A stretch of DNA of 31,062 bases from Candidatus Aenigmatarchaeota archaeon (GTDB taxonomy: Archaea > Aenigmatarchaeota > Aenigmatarchaeia > Aenigmatarchaeales > JACQIB01): NCBI GenBank assembly GCA_046760225.1, contig JBHIDR010000005.1:1-31062 (forward strand), written 5' to 3'. A model generated the notes under the pieces. It worked only from the letters and a program-made list of their open reading frames with translations, made no database searches and was not told the DNA's origin. The position numbers were made by a program, and so were the translations under genes. Below, piece after piece: positions 23,887 through 31,062 of the stretch (position 1 is the first letter of the stretch; each line of letters opens with the position of its first letter).

Positions 23887-24588
23887 ATGAGAGTTTTCAT
23901 AGCATGTAATAACGAAGGGCGCTGGGACTTTCCTGAAGCAGAACTTCTTATATTGAACGGAGACCTTGTAAACGTTTTTCCCAAGCCACCCAAGCCCATC
24001 CATGACAGCATAGCCTATAGGGTTGCAGCAGACGAAACAGCGTCCGCACTGAACGATTTCGGGCTGTACAAGAGCGGAAGAACCGAGGGCAAGATGTTCA
24101 AGGAATTTATGGATGGTTTATTTAGAGGAGAATATTCCTTGGAAGCTAAAGGACTCTACAGGGAGGAACTGAAATCTGGCCTGGAAAAATTACAGATGCC
24201 AACTATTCTCGTGCACGGCAATCTTGACTTCCCGGACATTGTAAAGAGCGAGGCAGAAAAACATGATGTGAAATATCTTGACTGTGAAGTTCATGATGGC
24301 ATATGCGGGATAGGCGGGATACCTTCATCGTGCAACCCGGTTTACGGAAGGTTCAAGGTCTTTGAAGCAGAGCGTACTGATGACGAATATATTGGAATTC
24401 TGAAGGGCATGGAAGAAAGGTGCAGGCTGCTTGTCACGCACATGCCCTTTGATTATTACAGAGAGTTCGAAGGTCTGCTAGAATGCAGGACAGTTGTAAG
24501 CGCTGAAACAAGGGGGGAAACTAACGAAAAGGTCATAGTGCCGCCTGACTATTCTGTCACTGGTCAGGGTGCTTGGGCAGACGTGTGA
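23887..24588 (+). CDS. Degenerate calcineurin-like metallophosphoesterase
   Basis: LNGDLV, HGNLD, GIGG, LVTHMP present; motif I reads CNNEG and the GHxH motif is missing. Confidence 0.6.
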   Translation: MRVFIACNNEGRWDFPEAELLILNGDLVNVFPKPPKPIHDSIAYRVAADETASALNDFGLYKSGRTEGKMFKEFMDGLFRGEYSLEAKGLYREELKSGLEKLQMPTILVHGNLDFPDIVKSEAEKHDVKYLDCEVHDGICGIGGIPSSCNPVYGRFKVFEAERTDDEYIGILKGMEERCRLLVTHMPFDYYREFEGLLECRTVVSAETRGETNEKVIVPPDYSVTGQGAWADV

Positions 24589-25588
24589 CATTCTTCACAC
24601 CGTCCCATTTTAGGGGACTAAGGGGCTCCATTCTCTCGGCTTCATCACCGATTCTGCGATTTGGTATGAAAATATCCGGGCCAAGCCTGTGCGTTATCAC
24701 TTCTCCACGCTCGCCATACCCCATATTCTTGCCTATGTCATCAAGGTCCCTCACTTCCCAAACCACATAGGGAAAAAAGGGCTGATAAATTATTCCTGAT
24801 GGATTTATTGCTCTTATCATTCCTGTACCGTTCATGAAGTCGCCATACCAACCGCCAATTTCAGCGTTTGGAAACTTTTCCCGGAACAGCTCTATCTTTT
24901 CAATGGTGGTCTCAACACCGCCAAGCAAAAGACCCCTTATCTTGTTCCTCTTATCTTCGGACAGACGGTCAGCAGACTCTGACATCAGTGGTGCTATGTC
25001 CTCATAGACTCCTATATCATGTTCCTGCGCAATCTTCTCTACTTCTCCTGATACGCTGTCAAAGAACTGCTTTATTGCAGCAGGGTCCTTGCTCAGGAAC
25101 GCTTTCTTTGCAGCAGCTGCATCAACCTCAAGGTACTTGAAGTCGCCATCAAATCGCCCTGCCAAATCATTCAGGAATATCTTGAAAATGTCGTTCCCTG
25201 GCCCGGTGCAGACCCAGAGCTCATTGTAAGGAAAGTCCCTCTCCCTAAGGACCCATTCAGCATAATTTACCATATGGTTAATTATGTTCCGTGACCAGTA
25301 GACATGCTTCTGCTCGCCGGTTGTGCCTGATGAGGTGCTCAAGACCCTTTGGGATTTGGGAAGATTGGTTGGCACAAAATCTTCAGGTGGCCTGGACCTT
25401 ATGTCGTCATCCGTGAAATAAGGAAGCTTGCGGAGGTCCTCAAGACCTTGAATCTCATTTATCAAATCAAACTTTTTATTTTCCTGGTATTCTGTCCAGA
25501 AGGGCGTGGCCTGCGCGTGAATTTCTACAACGTCCTGAATATAATCGTCCATGTCAAGTTTATAGTCTTCATACACCAGCTCTATCAT
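24557..25588 (-). CDS. Short adenylate-forming enzyme (LuxE/EhpF-like ANL N-terminal domain)
   Basis: TPFW, DLRKLP, TSSGTTGEQK, GWYGDFMNG, YGERGEV, FIPNRRIGDEAER; no C-terminal subdomain. Confidence 0.7.
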   Translation of the reverse strand: MIELVYEDYKLDMDDYIQDVVEIHAQATPFWTEYQENKKFDLINEIQGLEDLRKLPYFTDDDIRSRPPEDFVPTNLPKSQRVLSTSSGTTGEQKHVYWSRNIINHMVNYAEWVLRERDFPYNELWVCTGPGNDIFKIFLNDLAGRFDGDFKYLEVDAAAAKKAFLSKDPAAIKQFFDSVSGEVEKIAQEHDIGVYEDIAPLMSESADRLSEDKRNKIRGLLLGGVETTIEKIELFREKFPNAEIGGWYGDFMNGTGMIRAINPSGIIYQPFFPYVVWEVRDLDDIGKNMGYGERGEVITHRLGPDIFIPNRRIGDEAERMEPLSPLKWDGVKNVTRLPKHPDQ

Positions 25589-25639
25589 GAAACAAATTAG
25601 TCCAAAAAAGATATAAAGGGTATACGATAATCATAATCC

Positions 25640-26185
25640 ATGAAATACCTGGAGCCCAGCGTGTTTTGCGAGAGCAACTCGCCTGAGATAAGGAGGCTTG
25701 CAAGAAGGATAGTGGGAAAGAAAAAGGGAAGGGCTGCTGCAGTTTCTATTTTCAACTGGGTGCAGAAGAACGTGGACTACAGGATAGTGCCGCTCGTTGG
25801 CGCATCCAGGATACTCAAGCGCAGGCCCAGGAAGGCAATGTGCCTTGACAAGATCAACCTTTTTGTTGCTCTCTGCCGCGCAGCCGGGATCCCGGCAAGG
25901 TATGTCATTATGAAATGTGATTTGAAGGTCAAGCGCAAGGACCTCCCTAAAAAAGCAATGCATGCTGCAGCTGAAGTGAAAATCAAAAACAGATGGGTGC
26001 TTGCTGACCCCTCTTTCAGCCCGCGGATCTCCAAGCTCATCCATGTCCCGGGGTTCGGCGGACGCAGCTGGTCAAAGGTCCATTCAGTCAAGCGCTCGCA
26101 TTCGCTTGGAAGAGGCATGGGACTCATGATAAACCTCTTCATAAGACTGGACGCCAAGGTACTCAAGAAGGAAATCGGGCAATAA
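25640..26185 (+). CDS. Transglutaminase-like cysteine protease family protein
   Basis: AMCLDKINLFVALCRAAGIPAR, HAAAEV, WVLADPS (Cys-His-Asp triad). Confidence 0.9.
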   Translation: MKYLEPSVFCESNSPEIRRLARRIVGKKKGRAAAVSIFNWVQKNVDYRIVPLVGASRILKRRPRKAMCLDKINLFVALCRAAGIPARYVIMKCDLKVKRKDLPKKAMHAAAEVKIKNRWVLADPSFSPRISKLIHVPGFGGRSWSKVHSVKRSHSLGRGMGLMINLFIRLDAKVLKKEIGQ

Positions 26186-26221
26186 ACTTTTTTTATAAAC
26201 TAAGGAACAAGAATAGATAGT

Positions 26222-27850
26222 ATGTCGAACCCATGGTTTGAGCTGAAAAGCAAAATTGCAAAGGAAATCAGAACAGATATTTCTAAGATAGAGGAGCCAA
26301 CACAGAAAGGTTTCGGTGATTTTGCATATCAGTGCTTTGAGGCTGCAAAAGGGCTAAAGGAAAAGCCAAATGAGACAGCAGAAAGAATAGCAAAAGCAGT
26401 GAAACTGAAGGGGGTGAAGGCAAAGGCCATTGGGCCCTATGTGAACTTCTATATTGACTGGAATGTATTTGGCCAGAAGCTGCTTGAAGGCATTGATATC
26501 AACTATGGAAGGGGTGAGAAAAAGAAAAAGGCCCTTATAGAGCACACCAGCATAAATCCGAATGCAAGCCCACATGTGGGAAGGGCAAGGAACGCAATAA
26601 TAGGAGACAGCATAGTGAGGATCCTCAAGTTCCTGGGATATGATACAGAGGTGCATTACTGGGTGAATGACATGGGAAAGCAGATAGCGCTTCTTGTCTG
26701 GGGATGCAGGCTAAGGAAGTTCCGTTTTTCTGACCTGCTCAAGATATATGTATGGGCTAACAAGAAAATGGAAAAGGATCCGAAAGTGGAAAGGGAAGTA
26801 TTCAATCTGCTCTCTGACTTTGAGAAGGGTGACAAGAAGGTCAGGAAAAGGTTCAAGGAAGTTGTTGATATATGCGTCAAGGGCCAGAAGGAGATACTGA
26901 AGGACCTGAACGTGCACTATGATTATTTTGACTATGGCAGCGAAGTCTTTGGAAAGACAGGGAAAATACTTGAAAAGCTCGAGGCAACAGGCAAGCTGGT
27001 CACTGATGAGCACGGAAGAAAGGTGCTTCCATACAAGGACACGTTCTTTGTTCTTGCCCGTGGCGACGGCACAAGCCTTTATGGACTCAGGGACATAGCC
27101 TATACACTTGACAAACTGAAAAAAGCAAAGGACATGAACATAATAGTTCTTGGTGAGGACCAGAAGCTTTATTTTGAACAGCTAAGCCATGCATTAGGAC
27201 TCCTGGGCTATAAGCCGCCAAGGGTTGTGCACTATTCCTTTGTGCTGCTTCCAACAGGAAAGATGAGCACAAGAAAGGGAGAAGTGGTTCTTCTGGAAGA
27301 TTTCCTTTTTGAGGCGTACGGGAAGGCACTTGAGGAGGTAAAGAGGAGGTATCCTGAGCTCAGGCCAAAGGAGATGAACAAGAGGGCCAAGGCAATAGCT
27401 GCTGCAGCTGTGAGATATACCATAGTGAAGGTAAGCCCTGACAAGAATGTTGTATTCAAGCTGGACGATGCGCTGAGGTTTGAAGGTGATACTGGCCCAT
27501 ACCTGCAGTATACGCATGCGCGTGCTGGCTCCATACTGAAAAAGGCAAAGAAGGTGCCGAAGAAGTTTGATGCAAGGCTGCTGGAGGACAAAAGAGAGAT
27601 GGAAGTCATGAAAAAGCTCTCGCAGTTCCCAGGCATTCTGGAGAAGTCAGTAGCAGAGCTCAAGCCGCACCTGCTTGCAGTTTACCTGCATGAGCTTGCT
27701 GACCTCTTCAATGAGTTCTACCAGAACGTTAATGTGCTCAGGGCAGAGACAAAACTCAGGAATGCAAGACTTCAGCTCGTCAAGACAACAAAAACTGTTC
27801 TTAAGAACGGGCTCGGGCTGTTAGGCATAGAAGCACCAGAGAAGATGTAA
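26222..27850 (+). CDS. argS: Arginine--tRNA ligase
   Basis: EHTSINPNASPHVGRARN, VNDMGKQ, RGDGTSLY, KMSTRKG, GPYLQYTHAR, GIEAPEKM. Confidence 0.98.
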   Translation: MSNPWFELKSKIAKEIRTDISKIEEPTQKGFGDFAYQCFEAAKGLKEKPNETAERIAKAVKLKGVKAKAIGPYVNFYIDWNVFGQKLLEGIDINYGRGEKKKKALIEHTSINPNASPHVGRARNAIIGDSIVRILKFLGYDTEVHYWVNDMGKQIALLVWGCRLRKFRFSDLLKIYVWANKKMEKDPKVEREVFNLLSDFEKGDKKVRKRFKEVVDICVKGQKEILKDLNVHYDYFDYGSEVFGKTGKILEKLEATGKLVTDEHGRKVLPYKDTFFVLARGDGTSLYGLRDIAYTLDKLKKAKDMNIIVLGEDQKLYFEQLSHALGLLGYKPPRVVHYSFVLLPTGKMSTRKGEVVLLEDFLFEAYGKALEEVKRRYPELRPKEMNKRAKAIAAAAVRYTIVKVSPDKNVVFKLDDALRFEGDTGPYLQYTHARAGSILKKAKKVPKKFDARLLEDKREMEVMKKLSQFPGILEKSVAELKPHLLAVYLHELADLFNEFYQNVNVLRAETKLRNARLQLVKTTKTVLKNGLGLLGIEAPEKM

Positions 27851-27851
27851 A

Positions 27852-28100
27852 TCAGGTCAGGTGCATTTCAAGAATCTTTTTCTGGTCCTCCCTTTCTTCC
27901 TCAGGCAGGAGCTCTATAAGCTCCTTATAGAAATCCAGGTTTGCTGAGCATCCGTACTTTTCTATGTTTTCTCCGGCTTTCTCAAGCTCCCTATGTATTG
28001 CCTCATATTCAGGTGTGTTCCTCTCAACCTTAATCCCTCTTCTCTTTATGTAGGAAATCAGTTCTTGTCCGCTGAGCTCTTCACATTGCAATACTGACAC
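27852..28100 (-). CDS. Hypothetical small protein
   Basis: Likely GTG start at 28100 with GGTGA SD just after the DUF523 stop; the track ORF's extension overlaps the upstream gene. Confidence 0.55.
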   Translation of the reverse strand: MSVLQCEELSGQELISYIKRRGIKVERNTPEYEAIHRELEKAGENIEKYGCSANLDFYKELIELLPEEEREDQKKILEMHLT

Positions 28101-28110
28101 TTCATTCACC

Positions 28111-28617
28111 TTATGAGCACTCCAAAAGAGACTGGAGCTTTTCAACAGTTGAGAACATGTTGTTGAGATTGACACCAATTACAGGCACCTGGAACCTCTT
28201 TTTCCTCATTTCATTGTCAAATTCCTCGAAGAATATGCCCTTTCCAGGCACATGTCTTGAGCCATTGGATATCTGATGCACACCGCAGGAAGGGGAGAAC
28301 TCAACACCAAGAACACCGACAACACGATAGTTCTTCCCAAGATAGGATTCTATTTGCTTGAGAATATGAGAGGACAGTTTCTTGCATGAGTCCCTATATT
28401 TCTTGGTATCAAGGGTGTTCTTTTCCCTTGCCTTCCTGCCAATTGCCCTGTTTCCGAACTCCATCTGTGGACAGGGAATCTGCACTATGCCTACCCCGGC
28501 CTCAGAAAGCAGCTCAACCAGTTCTCTAATTGCACCTGCAGCCTTTTCCCTACCTATGGCTCTTGCATTCTGATTCAGGATACAGTGCGACACGAATATT
28601 ACTTTCTTGCTCCTCAT
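28111..28617 (-). CDS. DUF523/TudS-related (2-thiouracil desulfidase-like) protein
   Basis: SHCILNQNAR, IVQIPCPQ, SPSCGV, GKGIF. Confidence 0.8.
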   Translation of the reverse strand: MRSKKVIFVSHCILNQNARAIGREKAAGAIRELVELLSEAGVGIVQIPCPQMEFGNRAIGRKAREKNTLDTKKYRDSCKKLSSHILKQIESYLGKNYRVVGVLGVEFSPSCGVHQISNGSRHVPGKGIFFEEFDNEMRKKRFQVPVIGVNLNNMFSTVEKLQSLLECS

Positions 28618-28785
28618 ATGACCATCTCGCTAGCTCGGTCTTTACTTGAAAAGCAAAAACCGGCAGTTTTCCTAGTAATTAATAGGACATAATAATATTT
28701 AAAACTTTACTCGCCGAAAGTAGTAAAGGTGTAGAAACGTTCGATATATGTCGAGCTTATATGAGATCTGGGGCCAGATATGCCT

Positions 28786-29598
28786 TTATCTGCGCCTTTT
28801 CTTAGAAATCATCTTCTCAAGTGGTATTGCATGCTTCCATACAGAGAAGAAGTATCTCTTGAAAACATCAGCAATGATTTTGTTGCTGATTATCATACTT
28901 GAGATATCATACTCGCGATCCCCTCTTTTGCCGTATTTCTGTACAACATACACCTTTTTACTGTCAGTTATTATGGCCCTGAGGGTTATTCCTGGGCTGA
29001 AGCGCAGTTCAGCGCCCAATTTAAGTGCTTTTTTCGCACGCTGCAGAACATCAGCTTCCTTCTTGCTGAAGATTATCCTGTATTTTATTCCCCTCTTAAT
29101 CATGCGCTTGATTTCAGCTGCCTTCTTGTCAACCCATGAAAGATCGCCTGCAAAGGAGAGGAACTCCTCCTTTGTGGTGGACTCAAATTCCTTCCACACG
29201 GTATCAATGTTTACCTTCTGTTTCACCTGCGCCAGAACCTCCTCCCTTTCCTCAGCAACTGACTTTGGCATATGTTCAACTGCCTTCATAAACTGCGGCA
29301 CAATTTCCTGCAGGGATTTTATTCTTGCCTCCATCCTTTTCTTTTCGTCCTCCCTGAGTATGTCAAATATCTTTTTGGGATCAACCACCCTGAATGTCTG
29401 GGGCCTTGTTTTTGAAACAAATATGAGGCCTTTCGAAGCAAGAGATGACATTGTATCATAAACCCTTGGAAGCGGTATCCTTCCGAGGGATGATATCTTG
29501 TCCGCTGTTAGTGTCCCTCTCTTTATGAGAGTGACATAAGCCTTTGCTTCGTACTCTGTCAAGCCAAGATGCTTGAGCAATGCTTCAGCCTCTTCCAT
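28786..29598 (-). CDS. Full-length TrmB-family regulator (wHTH plus C-terminal effector domain)
   Basis: LGLTEYEAKAYVTL, IPLPRVYDTMSSLASKGL, RPQTFRVVDP, IITDSKKV. Confidence 0.93.
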   Translation of the reverse strand: MEEAEALLKHLGLTEYEAKAYVTLIKRGTLTADKISSLGRIPLPRVYDTMSSLASKGLIFVSKTRPQTFRVVDPKKIFDILREDEKKRMEARIKSLQEIVPQFMKAVEHMPKSVAEEREEVLAQVKQKVNIDTVWKEFESTTKEEFLSFAGDLSWVDKKAAEIKRMIKRGIKYRIIFSKKEADVLQRAKKALKLGAELRFSPGITLRAIITDSKKVYVVQKYGKRGDREYDISSMIISNKIIADVFKRYFFSVWKHAIPLEKMISKKRRR

Positions 29599-29667
29599 GT
29601 TAAACCCTCTTTTAACTCATTTAACCGTAATGCAATTAATAGTAGATAATAAATGTATTTAAAGATA

Positions 29668-29691
29668 TATGCTCGTCATATGACGAGCATA
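29668..29691. promoter_or_regulatory. Perfect 24-bp palindrome, candidate operator
   Basis: TATGCTCGTCATATGACGAGCATA, adjacent to the minus-strand TTTAAATA box of the TrmB gene. Confidence 0.6.
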
Positions 29692-29802
29692 ATACAATAG
29701 CCATTAAGACTCGTACAAACGAATAACTATTAGCATTTAAATACTTGTGGATTTATATATTTATTACCAATAGAAAGTAAAATTAGGGTGAAATGGGTGT
29801 TA

Positions 29803-30771
29803 ATGTCAGCCAAAAAAATAAATGGAAATGATGATAAAGGTTATAAAAATAACAAGAGGGATGATAGAGAAAATAATAAGAAAGGTGCCCCTCTTATTGA
29901 AAAAGAAAGGGAAAAGGTTAAGGAAACAGCAAAAAGACAGCCCGGCTATAAAATTGGTAAGTTTTTTAAAGGAAAGGACATGAAGCAATTTTTTGACGAA
30001 GAAGCAAAAGAACGCGTAAAGAAAAAAATCGAAGAAAGGCTCAGGAAGCAAGCCAGAAGACTTCTCAGGGGACCCTGTTATATCAAAAAGCTGCTTGACG
30101 AAACATTCTTCACGTTTGGAGACATACTATATGCATTTGTTGTAGGAAGTTACGCTGACGAGGGAAATTATTATCATATCTCAAGAGAGTGGGAAATTGA
30201 GAAAGTAACAGAGAATGACATCAGTAAAATAAAAATACCGAGTGATATCGATATACTTATTGTATACGACAATGAAAGGGATGAAGAGGAGGAGACCAAA
30301 TATCTACGCAAATTGGTGGATAGCTCCCCAAAAATAGAGATTGAGGATGACAAGGACTTCAATTATGAATTTTATGGAATTTCAGTCGAAAAACTGCATA
30401 AAATCATAAAAGCCGATTATGACACCTTTAAAGACATGACAGAAAAAGAAATCAAGGAAATGTTGGAAAGGATACCACGAAAGCATGATTTACAGATTTC
30501 TGTAAATTCAATCAAAATATATGGAAAGGAAGCAATATATCAAAATTCACTTGATATTCTTTTCAAAGATAACGAAAAAATAAAGGCCGTTCAGAAGGAA
30601 ATTGATGAGAACATTCGCTATATTCGTGAATTAACGCATCATCCTAGGGAAATAGAAGAATATATGGGCTTCTGGAAAGATTATTTCAATTATGCAAAAG
30701 AAAAATTCCCAGAAGAAGTAGAAAGGATTTTAGAGGAGCTTCCTGAATGTAAAGACATTTATTTAGAATAA
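29803..30771 (+). CDS. Nucleotidyltransferase-superfamily protein (Pol beta/MNT-like), AT-rich
   Basis: AFVVGSYA...PSDIDILIVYD; start placed at ATG 29803 (track gives GTG 29788). Confidence 0.65.
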   Translation: MSAKKINGNDDKGYKNNKRDDRENNKKGAPLIEKEREKVKETAKRQPGYKIGKFFKGKDMKQFFDEEAKERVKKKIEERLRKQARRLLRGPCYIKKLLDETFFTFGDILYAFVVGSYADEGNYYHISREWEIEKVTENDISKIKIPSDIDILIVYDNERDEEEETKYLRKLVDSSPKIEIEDDKDFNYEFYGISVEKLHKIIKADYDTFKDMTEKEIKEMLERIPRKHDLQISVNSIKIYGKEAIYQNSLDILFKDNEKIKAVQKEIDENIRYIRELTHHPREIEEYMGFWKDYFNYAKEKFPEEVERILEELPECKDIYLE

Positions 30772-30784
30772 ATAAGGTGGTTAA

Positions 30785-31062
30785 GTGCACTATGTTGACC
30801 TTCACATCCACACCATGGCATCAGGGGATGGTAGGTGGGAGATAAGAGGTTTACTACAAGAGGCACAGAGCATGAATCTTGCTGCCATTGCCATAACTGA
30901 TCATGACACAGTAAAGGGTGCTGTCAAGGCTCTAAAAATTAAGGATGACTATAAAGTCGATGTTATATCTGGAATCGAATTTAATACATATTTTGAAAAT
31001 GAAAGCATCCACATTCTTGGTTATCTTATAGATGTGGAGAATTCTAAACTGCTCAGAGAGGC
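30785..31062 (+). CDS. PHP domain phosphoesterase (YciV/TrpH-like), N-terminal part only
   Basis: Manual translation from GTG 30785: MHYVDLHIHTMASGDG...IAITDHDTVKG...ISGIEF...IHILGY; AGGTGG SD. Confidence 0.9.
   Translation, partial: MHYVDLHIHTMASGDGRWEIRGLLQEAQSMNLAAIAITDHDTVKGAVKALKIKDDYKVDVISGIEFNTYFENESIHILGYLIDVENSKLLRE

Noticed and set aside
28748..29461. 237-aa plus-strand ORF, and similar long antisense ORFs such as 21145..21756, 7974..8525 and 22430..22984
   Set aside because: Shadows of well-supported genes on the opposite strand.

Overview
Archaeal chromosomal window, by inference from a DPANN lineage (Aenigmarchaeota-like). Markers are an archaeal histone, TFB, aIF5A, L35Ae, a class I CCA-adding enzyme, ArgRS, BRE/TATA promoters and very tight gene packing. 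I saw no rRNA, tRNA, CRISPR array or transposase. Beyond housekeeping genes it holds: (i) a mirror-arranged V4R-TrmB-TrmB-V4R module with a palindromic motif TTGTAATA-N5-TATTACAA found five times at promoters, including those of a secreted protein and a small membrane protein; (ii) a KaiC-like ATPase/rhomboid/mini-M50 protease cluster surrounded by tiny membrane proteins; (iii) a histone lacking the tetramerization residues; (iv) an uncharacterized divergent six-gene cluster (two paralogs, a Pro-rich coiled-coil protein, a 3-TM protein, a large helical protein and an endonuclease IV-like TIM barrel); (v) an MNT-HEPN-HEPN fusion; (vi) two acyl-adenylate-forming enzymes beside a V4R protein, a KaiC-like ATPase and a degenerate phosphoesterase; (vii) a TrmB gene with a perfect 24-bp palindrome upstream, next to a low-GC nucleotidyltransferase and a PHP gene. 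All calls come from reading motifs by eye; no searches were run.
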